From the NCBI GenBank assembly GCA_034366585.1, contig JAXMMJ010000027.1, positions 19,091-83,090 of the forward strand: DNA of 64,000 nt. Reading direction: 5' to 3'. Made by a program: the position numbers and the translations under genes. The notes below the pieces were generated by a model that was not told the DNA's origin, did not search any database, and saw nothing but the letters and a program-made list of their open reading frames with translations. Source of the DNA: Hylemonella sp. GTDB lineage: Bacteria > Pseudomonadota > Gammaproteobacteria > Burkholderiales > Burkholderiaceae_C. This document shows positions 33,441 through 43,356 of the stretch, one piece after another; the stretch's first letter is position 1; each line of letters opens with the position of its first letter.

Positions 33441-34256
33441 TCAGGGTGCGGCCGGGGCGACGGCCGCGCCTTCGATCTTGTGACGCTGCAGGGCCTGGGC
33501 GACGAAGCCGCTGACCTTCATCTCCTCGACGAAGTCGCGCAGATAGGCCACACCGGCTTCGCCGCGCACGCGTGGCGTACCCATGGCCTGGTTGATGACC
33601 ATGAAACGCCCGGGCAGCAGGCGCAGGCCGGGTACGCGCTTGGCATCGGCCTCCAGCTGCTGCTTGACGCCGGCGGCGACTTCGAGCTTGTTGGCCACGA
33701 AGTAGTCGACGACGGCGGGTGAGGTGGGCGCGCGTTCCAGCGTGGCCTGCTTGATTTCGCGGGTCAAGTAGAGGTCGTAGGCGCTGCCCTTGCCCACGGC
33801 GATGCGGTGGCCCGGTCGGTCCACTTCTTCGTTCTGGCGCAGCGGCGAGTCCTGGCGCACGAGGTAGGCGCCCTCGATGACCACATAGGCTGCGCTGTAC
33901 AGCACGTCCTGGCCACGCAGGGGATCGATGGCCACGAAAGCGAGGTCGACCTTGTTGGCCTTGAGCGCGTCCACGACCGCGCCAGCAGAGGTGAAGGTGA
34001 CCAGTTCCAGCTTCACGTCCAGGCGCTTGGCCAATTCACGCGCCAGGTCGACGGAGACCCCGGTGGGCTGGCCGGCGGCGTCCTTGTTGGCCAGGATGGG
34101 GTTGCCGAAGTTGATGGCGGCACGCAGGGTGCCCTGGGGGGCCAGCGCCTCGCGGGCGGCCGGCGGGGTGGTGGAACAGGCGGTCATGAAAACGGATGAA
34201 ATGAGAAAAAGCGCCAGGGCCAGGCCGCGGCGCAGAGTCGGGGAAAGAGGGGGCAT
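33441..34256 (-). CDS. Periplasmic substrate-binding lipoprotein (family 3, amino-acid ABC type)
   Basis: Lipobox LISSVFMTAC. LRAAINFGNPILA...GVSVDLARELAKRL...DLAFVAIDP. Confidence 0.75.
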   Translation of the reverse strand: MPPLSPTLRRGLALALFLISSVFMTACSTTPPAAREALAPQGTLRAAINFGNPILANKDAAGQPTGVSVDLARELAKRLDVKLELVTFTSAGAVVDALKANKVDLAFVAIDPLRGQDVLYSAAYVVIEGAYLVRQDSPLRQNEEVDRPGHRIAVGKGSAYDLYLTREIKQATLERAPTSPAVVDYFVANKLEVAAGVKQQLEADAKRVPGLRLLPGRFMVINQAMGTPRVRGEAGVAYLRDFVEEMKVSGFVAQALQRHKIEGAAVAPAAP

Positions 34257-35089
34257 CAGAAGTCCACCTTCTCACCGGGATTGACCGCCAGCATCTTGTT
34301 GGACTCGTTGCCCAGTGCGGCAGAGAACTCGGCCGTGGTGCCCTTGAGCTGCGGGATGGTGCCGTAGTGGATGGGCAGGGCGTACTTGGGCTTGAGGTAG
34401 TTCTTCACCGCATAGGCGGCGTCAGCCGGGCTCATGACGAAGTGGCCGCCGATGGGGATGAGCAGCAGGTCGGGTTTGTAGTACTCGCCGATGAACTTCA
34501 TGTCGCCGAACAGGCCGGTGTCCCCCATGTGGTAGATCTTGAAGCCGTTTTCCATCTCGATGATGAAACCGACCGGCTCGCCGCCCACCTGCACTTCTTC
34601 CTTGGTGGTGGCCGGGTTTTTCCAGGCGTACTCGGAGGAGTGTTCGGCGTGGGTGGCGGTGATCTTCACGCCGTTGGGGCCGAAGGGCATGATGGTGCCG
34701 CCCTTGCCAAAGCGCGGGGACAGTTCCGCTGGCAGCACGCCCAGGGTGGTCAGGGTCTGGTTCAGGCCAGCCGGGCCGTACATCGGGACCTTGTGCATCT
34801 TGGCCAGATCGGGCGCGTCGGCCACATGGTCGAAGTGGCCGTGCGTGACCAGCACCAAGTCGACCTTGCCCAGGGCTTCCAGGTTCTTGAAGCTGGCAGG
34901 GGTCTTGGGGTTGGTGCGCAGCCAGGGGTCGACCACGATGACCTTGCCGCCGGGCGTGGTGATGCGCACGCTGGCCTGGCCCAGCCATAGCACCTCGGTC
35001 TTGCCGCTCTGGGCACTGGCGCTGATGGCGCCCAGCAGTACGCTGGTGGCGAGGGCGGCTTTCAATAGTTGCTTGAACAAGGGCTGCAT
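34256..35089 (-). CDS. Secreted MBL-fold metal-dependent hydrolase (UPF0173-like)
   Basis: Signal peptide (AALATSVLLGAISASAQS). LVTHGHFDHV metal-binding motif, HMGDTG. Paralogue of the truncated gene at 1-392. Confidence 0.8.
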   Translation of the reverse strand: MQPLFKQLLKAALATSVLLGAISASAQSGKTEVLWLGQASVRITTPGGKVIVVDPWLRTNPKTPASFKNLEALGKVDLVLVTHGHFDHVADAPDLAKMHKVPMYGPAGLNQTLTTLGVLPAELSPRFGKGGTIMPFGPNGVKITATHAEHSSEYAWKNPATTKEEVQVGGEPVGFIIEMENGFKIYHMGDTGLFGDMKFIGEYYKPDLLLIPIGGHFVMSPADAAYAVKNYLKPKYALPIHYGTIPQLKGTTAEFSAALGNESNKMLAVNPGEKVDF

Positions 35090-35202
35090 GGAGGATCTCC
35101 TGGTCTGTGGTCGTTGGGGAAGGGGACTTGCTGCACCGATTGAATACAGGCCCCGGGCCGGCGTCAAGCGAGCAAACCCCGCGAGTGTCATCCGGACCAT
35201 GA

Positions 35203-35228
35203 AAAAACGCGGCCTTGGCCGCGTTTTT
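35203..35228. terminator. Hairpin terminator downstream of the PPIase gene
   Basis: aaaaACGCGGCC-ttgg-CCGCGTtttt (symmetrical A/T flanks). Confidence 0.8.
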
Positions 35229-35246
35229 CCGGGATGCTGTCAGGGT

Positions 35247-36035
35247 TTATTCGATCTTGGCCTTGGCCTTGAGCTCGTCCTGGAACTTCACCAGCTTTTG
35301 CTGGCCCAGTTGCTGGGCGATCTGCGGCTTGATGTCCTCGATCTTGGGCAGCTGGGCTTCGCGCACGTCGTCCAGGCGGATCACGTGGTAGCCGAACTGG
35401 GTCTTGACCGGGGTCTCGGTGATCTTGCCCTTGGGCAGCGCGACCATGGCGTCGGAGAATTCCTTGACGTAGTTGCCGGCTGCAGCCCAGTCCAGGTCGC
35501 CGCCGTTGGCGCCGGAGCCCGGGTCCTTGGACTGCTTCTTGGCGATGGCGTCGAACTTGGCGCCCTTCTTGAGCTGGGCGATGATGGCCTTGGCTTCGGC
35601 TTCCTTCTCGACCAGGATGTGGCGGGCACGGTATTCCTTGCCGGCATTGGCGGCGACGAACTTGTCGTACTCGGCCTGGATCTCGGCGTCGGTGATCGGG
35701 TTGTTCTTCTGGAAGGTGGTCACCAGGTCACGGATCAGCAGGGAGTCGCGCGTGAACTCCATCTGCGCCTTGAACTCGGGGCTGGCGTCCAGGCCCTGCT
35801 TCTGCGCTTCCTGCACCAGCAGTTCGCGGTCGACCACGGCCTTCTTGAGCTCGTCCATCATCTCGGGCGTGATCTGGCGGCCCGAGCGGGCGAACTGCTG
35901 GGCCAGCGCATCGACGCGTGCCAGCGGGACGGGCTTGCCATTGACGATGGCCAGGTTTTGCGCCTGGGCCGGAGCAGCCAGGGCGCCCATCAGCGTGGCG
36001 AGGGCCAGGGCCGGGAGTATCAGCTTGTTCATCAT
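35247..36035 (-). CDS. Periplasmic parvulin-type peptidyl-prolyl cis-trans isomerase
   Basis: Signal peptide MMNKLILPALALATLMGALAAPAQA. Parvulin core EYRARHILV...GGDLDW...TQFGYHVIRL. Confidence 0.85.
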   Translation of the reverse strand: MMNKLILPALALATLMGALAAPAQAQNLAIVNGKPVPLARVDALAQQFARSGRQITPEMMDELKKAVVDRELLVQEAQKQGLDASPEFKAQMEFTRDSLLIRDLVTTFQKNNPITDAEIQAEYDKFVAANAGKEYRARHILVEKEAEAKAIIAQLKKGAKFDAIAKKQSKDPGSGANGGDLDWAAAGNYVKEFSDAMVALPKGKITETPVKTQFGYHVIRLDDVREAQLPKIEDIKPQIAQQLGQQKLVKFQDELKAKAKIE

Positions 36036-36092
36036 GAATCCTAGGAAATCGACGGAGATGTCAGGGGGAGGGGAAAATAGGCCCGAGTGCGT

Positions 36093-36365
36093 TCAGAGCG
36101 TTTCGATGGCGATCGCATGCACGCCTTGGGCGATGAAATCTTGCAGCGCATCATACACAAGGCGATGCCGCGCCACGCGCGGGATATCTGTAAAAAAGGG
36201 TGAAGCGATGCGCACCCGGAAATGGGTGCCATAGGGCGTGCCGTTGGAGCCGGTGTGGCCAGCGTGCGCCGCGCTTTCGTCGATGACGTCGAGCACGCTG
36301 GGCTGCAGCTTCTGCTGCAGGCGTTCGGCCATGCGGCCGGCCAGTCCGGACAGGTCTTGTGTCAC
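36093..36365 (-). CDS. bolA: BolA-family protein
   Basis: VIDESAAHAGH...FRVRIASPFF...RVARHRLVYDAL...VHAIAI. Confidence 0.9.
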   Translation of the reverse strand: MTQDLSGLAGRMAERLQQKLQPSVLDVIDESAAHAGHTGSNGTPYGTHFRVRIASPFFTDIPRVARHRLVYDALQDFIAQGVHAIAIETL

Positions 36366-36435
36366 GGGTGTACCTCCGTGCTGCGCACTGCGGTGCGAGC
36401 TTGCTTGAAGCGGTTCTGCGCGGCGCTCATGGAGC

Positions 36436-36969
36436 TCAGGCCTGGTCGGTCTTCAGGTAGCGGGCGATGTACAGGCCCTGGCCGACGATGAAGATCAGGG
36501 GGAAGGCATAACCCCAGAGCTTGAAGTTGACCCAGGCCTCGGTGCTGTAGAAGGCTGCCACATAGCCGTTGAGCGCGGCCATGAAGGTGCAGTAGACGAT
36601 CCAGGCTACGTTCAGGCGCATCCACACGGCATCGGGCAGCTCCAGCTGGCTGCCCAGCAGCAGCTTGAGGTAGTTCTTTTTCATGGCCCACAGGGCGACG
36701 GCCAGCGCCACGGCCATGGCGGCGTAGAGCACGGTGGGTTTCCACTTGATGAAGCGGTCGTCGTGCAGGGCCAGGGTCAGCGTGCCGAAGACCAGGATCA
36801 GCGCCAGGGTGATCTTCTGCATGGTCTGCAGCTTGCGGTCGATGGCATACATCAGGCCGGTCTGCAGCACGGTGGCGGCCATCAGCACCGCGGTGGCGAC
36901 GTAGATGTCGTAGAACTTGTAGGCACCGAAGAACAGCAGGATGGGGAAGAAATCGATCAGTATTTTCAT
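36436..36969 (-). CDS. yciB: Intracellular septation protein A
   Basis: [26 protein letters not shown]... five-TM protein with the characteristic YciB/IspZ N-terminus. Confidence 0.9.
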   Translation of the reverse strand: MKILIDFFPILLFFGAYKFYDIYVATAVLMAATVLQTGLMYAIDRKLQTMQKITLALILVFGTLTLALHDDRFIKWKPTVLYAAMAVALAVALWAMKKNYLKLLLGSQLELPDAVWMRLNVAWIVYCTFMAALNGYVAAFYSTEAWVNFKLWGYAFPLIFIVGQGLYIARYLKTDQA

Positions 36970-37015
36970 GGGGTAAAGACTCGTCTGCCCGGATTATCGG
37001 TGCAGGGAAGGCCGC

Positions 37016-37423
37016 TCAGGGCTTGTGTTCAAGCGCCGCCGAGTTCATACAGTAGCGCAGCCCGGTGGGCGTGGGGCCATCCTCAAAGACGTGGCCCAGG
37101 TGGGCGCCGCACTGGGCGCAGACCGTTTCCACGCGCACCATGCCGTGGCTGGTGTCGCGCCGCTCCTCGATGGCGTGCGGTTCGGCGGGTTCGGAAAAGC
37201 TGGGCCAACCGCAACCGGCGTCGAACTTGCTGTCGGACTCGAACAGGCGCGCGCCGCAGCAGACACAGCTGTAGTGCCCGGGTTTCCAGAAGTCGGCGTA
37301 TTTGCCCGTGAACGGCCGTTCGGTGGCCGCATAGCGCGTGACCTGGTAGGCACCGGGCTCGGCGTGCTTTTCGGCCAGCAGGGCTTTCCACTCTTCTGCG
37401 GTTTTCTGGATGGCGTAACTCAT
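37016..37423 (-). CDS. msrB: Peptide-methionine (R)-S-oxide reductase
   Basis: CxxC pairs ([11 protein letters not shown]; [12 protein letters not shown]) and the catalytic GLRYCMNS motif. 135 aa. Confidence 0.95.
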   Translation of the reverse strand: MSYAIQKTAEEWKALLAEKHAEPGAYQVTRYAATERPFTGKYADFWKPGHYSCVCCGARLFESDSKFDAGCGWPSFSEPAEPHAIEERRDTSHGMVRVETVCAQCGAHLGHVFEDGPTPTGLRYCMNSAALEHKP

Positions 37424-37439
37424 AACGGGACACTCTCGC

Positions 37440-38933
37440 TCAGGAGGAACAACTGATTTCGATGTCGCTGGCCCATTCGGGCGGGAAACCGGCCTCGGCA
37501 TCAAAGCCGGGATGCTCGGCATAGGGATTTTCCAGCAGGGCGAGCAGGCGCGCAACGCCGGAAAAATCCTTTTCTCGCGCCTGGCGGATGGCCAGTTCGC
37601 CCAGGTGGTTGCGCAGGATGAACTTGGGGTTGGTCCCCAGCATGGAGGCTGCAGCTTGGGCACTGTCTTCCTGCGCCAGACGTGCGTCGTATTGCTTGAG
37701 CCAATGGTCCAGGGCCGTGCGGTCCAGGAACAGGTCGCGCACCGGCGCGGTCTGGGCATCGCCCGCGTAATGGCTGAGTCGCCGCCAGAAGATGGTGTGG
37801 TCCACGCGGTCCTGGGCCAGCAGCTTGAGGATGCCCTCGACCAGGGCCCGGTCTTCGGGCCGCGACGCTTGCAGACCGAGCTTGGCGCGCAGGCGCGCCT
37901 CGAGTTCGGCCGGGAACACGGTTTTGTAGGACTCCAGCGCGGCCAGCGCCAGTTCCTGCTCGCCGATCAGCGGCAGCAAGGCCTGGCCCAGGCAGAAGAG
38001 GTTCCAGTAGGCAATGTTGGGCTGACGGCCATAGGCGTAACGCCCCTGGGTGTCGGAGTGGTTGCAGATGTGAGCCGGGTCGTAGCCGTCCAGGAACTGG
38101 AAGGGACCGAAGTCCAGGGTCAGGCCCAGGATGCTCATGTTGTCGGTGTTCATGACACCGTGGCAAAAACCCACGGCCTGCCACTGCGCCAGGAGCGCGG
38201 CGGTGCGTTCGCTGACGGCTTCGAGCAGGGCGGCGTAGGCGTTGCCAGCGAACTTCTCCGTGCCGCGGCAGGCCGGGTAGTAATGGTCGATGGCAAAGTC
38301 CGCCAACCGGCGCAGATGTTCGGGCTGGTCATTGGCTGCAAAGTGCTCGAAATGGCCGAAGCGGATGAAACTGGGCGCCACGCGCGTGACCACGGCAGCG
38401 GTCTCGATTTCTTCGCGCCGTATCGGCGCGTCCGAGCCCGTGACACACAGCGCGCGCGTGGTGGGAATGCCCAAGGCATGCATGGCTTCGCTGCACAAAA
38501 ACTCCCGGATGCTCGATCGCAGCACGGCCCGGCCATCGCCCATGCGCGAGTAGGGTGTGCGGCCCGCGCCCTTGAGCTGGATCTCCAGCCCGGTATCGGT
38601 CTCGCCCAGTAGCAGGGCGCGCCCGTCGCCCAGCTGACCGGCCCAGACGCCGAACTGGTGGCCGCTGTAGACCGTGGCCACGCTTTGGCTGCCCGCCAGT
38701 GGACGGTTGCCGCTGAACGCCTGCAGCAAGTCCTCGGATTCGGTCCAGCCTTCGGGCAGGCCGAGTTCCCGGCCCACGGCGCGGCTCTGGCCGACCCAGT
38801 AGGGCGCGGGCAGGGGCTGCGGGGGCAGGGCGGTGTGGAAGGCCGGGCCAAGGGCAGCGTAACGGTTGACCCAGCCCAGGCCGGACTCGACGGCCGCCTC
38901 TGCATCCACGAGAGCTTCGCTTGCAACATACAT
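37440..38933 (-). CDS. selO: Protein adenylyltransferase SelO (YdiU/UPF0061)
   Basis: [91 protein letters not shown]. Ends ...EISCSS. Start is uncertain (ATG 38933 chosen; alternative ATG 39014). The remaining 5' part of the 1105-aa track ORF is antisense to the ligase gene. Confidence 0.9.
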   Translation of the reverse strand: MYVASEALVDAEAAVESGLGWVNRYAALGPAFHTALPPQPLPAPYWVGQSRAVGRELGLPEGWTESEDLLQAFSGNRPLAGSQSVATVYSGHQFGVWAGQLGDGRALLLGETDTGLEIQLKGAGRTPYSRMGDGRAVLRSSIREFLCSEAMHALGIPTTRALCVTGSDAPIRREEIETAAVVTRVAPSFIRFGHFEHFAANDQPEHLRRLADFAIDHYYPACRGTEKFAGNAYAALLEAVSERTAALLAQWQAVGFCHGVMNTDNMSILGLTLDFGPFQFLDGYDPAHICNHSDTQGRYAYGRQPNIAYWNLFCLGQALLPLIGEQELALAALESYKTVFPAELEARLRAKLGLQASRPEDRALVEGILKLLAQDRVDHTIFWRRLSHYAGDAQTAPVRDLFLDRTALDHWLKQYDARLAQEDSAQAAASMLGTNPKFILRNHLGELAIRQAREKDFSGVARLLALLENPYAEHPGFDAEAGFPPEWASDIEISCSS

Positions 38934-39056
38934 CCGTGCATTGTCACGCAGCGGACTATCTCCGGTCCCGATCAGGGACTTACCCTCAGTGGTCGGGCCG
39001 TTTGCTTGCGCCATACTGGTGAAGAGAGAGCACAGAACACAAAAGGAGACCTGTCC

Positions 39057-40688
39057 ATGCTCGGATTGATGCAAAACCAGCCGCTGCTGATTTCTTCCCT
39101 GATTGACTTTGCCGAACGTCACCATGGCGATGGCGAAATCGTCTCGCGCCGGGTCGAAGGTGACCTGCACCGCTATCACTGGCGAGACGTGGCGCTGCGT
39201 TCGCGCCGGGTGGCCAATGCCCTGGATGCGCTGAAGCTGCAGTTCAGCGACCGCGTGGCCACGCTGGCCTGGAACGGCTACCGCCATCTGGAACTCTATT
39301 TCGGCGTGAGCGGTTCGGGCCGTGTGCTGCACACCCTGAACCCGCGCCTGCACCCCGAGCAGATCGCCTGGATCGCCAACCACGCCGAAGACCAGGTGCT
39401 CTGCTTCGACCTGTCCTTCCTGCCCATCATCCAGGCCGTGCACGCCAAGTGCACCACAGTGAAGCACTGGATCGCTCTTTGTGATGCCGACAAATTGCCC
39501 AAGGACAGCGGCATTCCCGGCCTGCAAAGCTACGAGGCCTGGATCGGGGCCCAGCCTGACACATACCGCTGGCCCGAGTTCGACGAGAACTCGGCGTCGA
39601 GCATGTGCTACACCAGCGGCACCACGGGCAACCCCAAGGCCGCGCTGTACAGCCATCGCTCCACCATCCTGCACGCCTATGCGGCGGCGCTGCCCGACGT
39701 GATGTGCCTCAGCGCACGCGATTCGGTGCTGCCGGTGGTGCCCATGTTCCACGTCAATGCCTGGGGCATTCCTTACTCGGCCGCGCTGACCGGCGCCAAG
39801 CTGGTGTTCCCGGGGCCGGCGCTGGACGGCAAGTCCATCTACGAGCTGATCGAGGCCGAGCGCGTCACCTATGCCGCGGGCGTGCCCACCATCTGGCAGA
39901 TGCTGCTGGGCCACATGAAACCCGGTGGCCTGAAGTTCTCCACGCTCAAGCGCACGGTGATCGGCGGCTCGGCCTGCCCGCCGGCCATGATCACCGCCTT
40001 CCGCGAAGAGTACGGCGTGGAGGTGCTGCACGCCTGGGGCATGACCGAGATGTCGCCCCTGGGCACGCTGTGCACGCTCAAGAACAAGCACCTGACGATG
40101 CCCGAGTCCGAGCAGATGAAGATCCGCCTCAAGCAGGGGCGCGCCATCTACGGCATGGACATGAAGATCGTGGGGGGTGATGGCCAGGAGCAACCCTGGG
40201 ACGGCAAGGCCTACGGCGACCTGCTGGTGCGCGGGCCCTGGATCCTGCGCGAGTACTTCAAGGGCGAGGGCGGCAATCCGCTGGTCCAGGACGGCTGGTT
40301 CCCCACCGGCGACGTCGCCACCATCGACCCCGATGGTTATATGCAGATCACCGACCGCAGCAAGGACGTGATCAAGTCCGGCGGTGAGTGGATCAGCTCG
40401 ATCGAGGTGGAAAACATCGCCGTGGCCCACCCGGCCGTGGCCATGGCGGCCTGCATCGGCATGAAACACCCGAAATGGGACGAGCGGCCTGTGGTCGTGG
40501 TCGTGAAAAAGCCAGGTGCGGAAGTGAGCAAGCAAGAGTTGCTCCAGTTCTACGAAGGCAAGACGGCCAAGTGGCAGATCCCGGACGACGTGATCTTTGT
40601 CGATGCCATCCCCCTGGGCGCCACGGGCAAGATGCTCAAGACGCGGCTGCGCGAGACGCTCAAGGACTACAAGCTGCCCGGCACCTGA
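39057..40688 (+). CDS. Acyl-CoA synthetase (AMP-forming, long/medium-chain fatty-acid-CoA ligase family)
   Basis: AAGGAG RBS. AMP-binding signature [52 protein letters not shown]. Confidence 0.9.
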   Translation: MLGLMQNQPLLISSLIDFAERHHGDGEIVSRRVEGDLHRYHWRDVALRSRRVANALDALKLQFSDRVATLAWNGYRHLELYFGVSGSGRVLHTLNPRLHPEQIAWIANHAEDQVLCFDLSFLPIIQAVHAKCTTVKHWIALCDADKLPKDSGIPGLQSYEAWIGAQPDTYRWPEFDENSASSMCYTSGTTGNPKAALYSHRSTILHAYAAALPDVMCLSARDSVLPVVPMFHVNAWGIPYSAALTGAKLVFPGPALDGKSIYELIEAERVTYAAGVPTIWQMLLGHMKPGGLKFSTLKRTVIGGSACPPAMITAFREEYGVEVLHAWGMTEMSPLGTLCTLKNKHLTMPESEQMKIRLKQGRAIYGMDMKIVGGDGQEQPWDGKAYGDLLVRGPWILREYFKGEGGNPLVQDGWFPTGDVATIDPDGYMQITDRSKDVIKSGGEWISSIEVENIAVAHPAVAMAACIGMKHPKWDERPVVVVVKKPGAEVSKQELLQFYEGKTAKWQIPDDVIFVDAIPLGATGKMLKTRLRETLKDYKLPGT

Positions 40689-40842
40689 GCGCCTGCCAGC
40701 ATGCTGAATGAGCTGCCCGGGTGCGAGGCTCCGGCCGGTTTTGTGCCGGAGTCGCAAAGGCGATAGTTCTAGGGCAATCCCTAGCGCTGTCCCCGTCGAA
40801 TTTGGTTACGCTGCAATGGTTTTGTCAACGAGGAGATTTCAA

Positions 40843-42075
40843 ATGAAGTTCACCACGAAACTTGTGACCGCCGCCGCCATGCTGGCTTTTGCCGGTGCGG
40901 CCCTGGCCCAGAAGGGCGAGACCGTCAAGATCGCCTGGATCGATCCGCTGTCCGGCCTGATGGCCCCGGTGGGTAACAACCAGGTCCGCAGCTTCCAGTT
41001 CTTCGGCGAGAAGTTCAGCGGCGCAGGAAACCCGGCCGGCGTGAAGTTCGAGATCATCGCCCTCGACAACAAGCTCAGCCCGGCTGAGAGCCTGAACCAG
41101 CTCAAGGCCGCCATCGACCAGGGCGTGCGCTACATCACCCAGGGCAATGGCTCCTCGGTGGCCGGTGCGCTGATCGATGCCGTGGCCAAGCACAACGAGC
41201 GCAACCCCGGCAAGGAAGTCATCTTCCTCAACCACTCGGCCGTGGACCCCGACTTCACCAACAGCAAGTGCAGCTACTGGCACTTCCGTTTCGACGCTGA
41301 CACCTCCATGAAGATGGAAGCCATCACCACCTTCATGAAGGACCAGAAGGACATCAAGAGCGTCTACCTGCTCAACCAGAACTACTCGCACGGCCACCAG
41401 GTCGCCAAGTTCGCCAAGGAGCTGATCGCGCTCAAGCGCCCCGACGTGAAGATCGCCGGTGAAGACCTGCATCCGCTGGCCCAGGTGCGTGATTTCGCCC
41501 CCTACATCGCCAAGATCAAGGCTTCGGGCGCCGACACCGTGATCACCGGCAACTGGGGTTCCGACCTGGCCCTGCTGGTCAAGGCGGCCAACGAAGGCGG
41601 CTACAACGGCAAGTTCTACACCTACTACACCGGCGTGAGCGGCACGCCGACCGCCCTGGGCCAGACCAGTGCCGGCCGCGTCTTCCAGGTGTCCTACAAC
41701 CACTACAACATGGGTGGTGACATGGGCAAGTGGCAGGCCGAATACAAGGCCAAGTTCAAGGACGACTTCTATACCGGCTCGGTGATCCACATCTACAAGG
41801 CCCTGGGTGAAGCCATGGCCAAGGCCAAGTCGACCGACCCCGTCAAGGTGGCCGCCGCCATGGAAGGCCTGAAGTTCAAGAGCTACAACGGCGATGTCGA
41901 GATGCGCAAGACTGACCACCAGATGCAGCAACCGCTGTACCTGACGGTCTGGCAGAAGGCGGACAAGAAATTCCCCTACAGCCCGGAAAACACCGGCATG
42001 ACGCTGGCCCTGGTCAAGGAATTCCCGTCCTACGTGTCCAGCACGCCCACCAGCTGCCAGATGAAGCGTCCCTGA
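40843..42075 (+). CDS. Liv-type (family 4) ABC transporter periplasmic substrate-binding protein
   Basis: AGGAGA RBS. Signal peptide MKFTTKLVTAAAMLAFAGAALA. VKIAWIDPLSG... LivJ/K-like fold. Confidence 0.85.
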   Translation: MKFTTKLVTAAAMLAFAGAALAQKGETVKIAWIDPLSGLMAPVGNNQVRSFQFFGEKFSGAGNPAGVKFEIIALDNKLSPAESLNQLKAAIDQGVRYITQGNGSSVAGALIDAVAKHNERNPGKEVIFLNHSAVDPDFTNSKCSYWHFRFDADTSMKMEAITTFMKDQKDIKSVYLLNQNYSHGHQVAKFAKELIALKRPDVKIAGEDLHPLAQVRDFAPYIAKIKASGADTVITGNWGSDLALLVKAANEGGYNGKFYTYYTGVSGTPTALGQTSAGRVFQVSYNHYNMGGDMGKWQAEYKAKFKDDFYTGSVIHIYKALGEAMAKAKSTDPVKVAAAMEGLKFKSYNGDVEMRKTDHQMQQPLYLTVWQKADKKFPYSPENTGMTLALVKEFPSYVSSTPTSCQMKRP

Positions 42076-42100
42076 GTTTTCCTGACCGCAGCCAGGCATG

Positions 42101-42135
42101 GGGCCCGATTGCTCTGAAAAGGTCGGGCCCTTTTC
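42101..42135 (+). terminator. Intra-operon hairpin/terminator after the binding-protein gene
   Basis: GGGCCCGA-ttgctctgaaaagg-TCGGGCCC followed by TTTTC. Fits the common partial-termination arrangement after SBP genes. Confidence 0.65.
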
Positions 42136-42191
42136 ATGTCTGAAGAGTTTGTATTGAGGTCTGCCACGCAGACACGGAAGGTTGTTCCCTG

Positions 42192-43208
42192 ATGGAGTTC
42201 TTCATCATCTCCATGCTCAACGGCCTGAGCTATGGGCTCTTGCTGTTCATGCTCAGCTCCGGGCTGACGCTGATCTTCAGCATGATGGGCGTGCTCAATT
42301 TCGCCCATGCCAGCTTCTACATGCTGGGCGCCTACATCGGCTACAGCGTGGCCTCCCTGGTCGGCTTCTGGCCCGGCCTCATCATGGCGCCGTTGCTGGT
42401 CGGCGTGCTGGGTGCGGTGTTCGAGCGCCTGGCCCTGCGCAAGGTGCACAAATACGGCCACGTGCCGGAACTGCTGATCACCTTCGGCCTGTCCTACATC
42501 ATCCTCGAGCTGGTGCAGCTGATCTGGGGCCGTACGGCGGTGGAATTCCGCCCGCCCGAGCTGCTGCAGGGCCCGATGTTCACGCTGGTCAACCATGCGG
42601 TCGAGGGCATCAGCCTGGTCTGGGGCGTGGCGCCGGCCTCGATTTGCGAGGCCGCTGCCTGCTCGCCGTTCCCGGCCACGCGCGGTTTCATGATGCTGGT
42701 GGCGCTGTTCATGCTGGTGTCCCTGTGGCTCATGCTCACGCGCACCCGCATTGGCCTGGTGATCCAGGCCGCGCTGACACACCCCGAGATGGTTGAATCC
42801 CTGGGGCACAACGTGCCACGCGTTTTCATGCTGGTGTTCGGCGCCGGTGCCGCGCTGGCCGGCCTGGGCGGTGTGATCGGCGGCAGCACCTTCGTGACCG
42901 AGCCAGCCATGGCCGGTACCGTGGGCTCCGTCATCTTCGTGGTGGTGGTGGTGGGCGGGCTGGGCTCGCTCTCGGGCGCCTTTCTGGCCTCGGTGCTGAT
43001 CGGCGTGATCCAGACCTTTGCGGTGGCCTTTGACTATTCCATGGTCACGCTGGCGCAGCAGCTGGGCCTGGAGCTCAGCGCGGCAGCACGCAACAACTCG
43101 GTGCTCAAGCTCACGCTCTCGCAGGTCGCGCCCATCCTGCCCTATCTCTTCCTGGTCCTGATCCTGATCTTCCGGCCCAAGGGCCTGCTCGGTACACGGG
43201 ACGAATGA
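42192..43208 (+). CDS. Branched-chain-amino-acid-type ABC transporter permease (LivH family)
   Basis: MEFFIISMLNGLSYGLLLFMLSSGLTLIFSMMGVLNFAHASFYMLGAY. Confidence 0.9.
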   Translation: MEFFIISMLNGLSYGLLLFMLSSGLTLIFSMMGVLNFAHASFYMLGAYIGYSVASLVGFWPGLIMAPLLVGVLGAVFERLALRKVHKYGHVPELLITFGLSYIILELVQLIWGRTAVEFRPPELLQGPMFTLVNHAVEGISLVWGVAPASICEAAACSPFPATRGFMMLVALFMLVSLWLMLTRTRIGLVIQAALTHPEMVESLGHNVPRVFMLVFGAGAALAGLGGVIGGSTFVTEPAMAGTVGSVIFVVVVVGGLGSLSGAFLASVLIGVIQTFAVAFDYSMVTLAQQLGLELSAAARNNSVLKLTLSQVAPILPYLFLVLILIFRPKGLLGTRDE

Positions 43209-43356
43209 ACATGAGACACCCCCGAAGCGCCTTCGGCGCCTCCCCCTCAAGGGGGCGCTACCAGCGGCCCGGCAAAGCCGGTTCCGCGGTAGCCCACGGT
43301 TTGCATCTTGGTATGCATCCATCTTTGCTGAAACGTAGTGCCATGGGAACCGCGAA
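43209..43356. repeat. 148-bp highly structured spacer inserted between the two permease genes (REP-like; function unknown)
   Basis: Consecutive hairpins: GCGCC-ttc-GGCGC; CCCCC-tcaa-GGGGG; GCTACCaGCGGcCCGGC-aaa-GCCGGttCCGCGGTAGC; TGCAT-cttggt-ATGCA. Confidence 0.5.

Noticed and set aside
38934-40757. 5' 608 codons of the 1105-aa minus-strand track ORF containing selO
   Set aside because: This part is antisense to the acyl-CoA synthetase gene and has no homology. SelO homology starts near ...[15 protein letters not shown].
42030-43322. 430-aa minus-strand ORF (and 43570-44586, 44577-45431, 45223-46062) opposite the liv genes
   Set aside because: His/Arg/Gln/Asp-rich shadow ORFs antisense to unmistakable ABC permease and ATPase frames.
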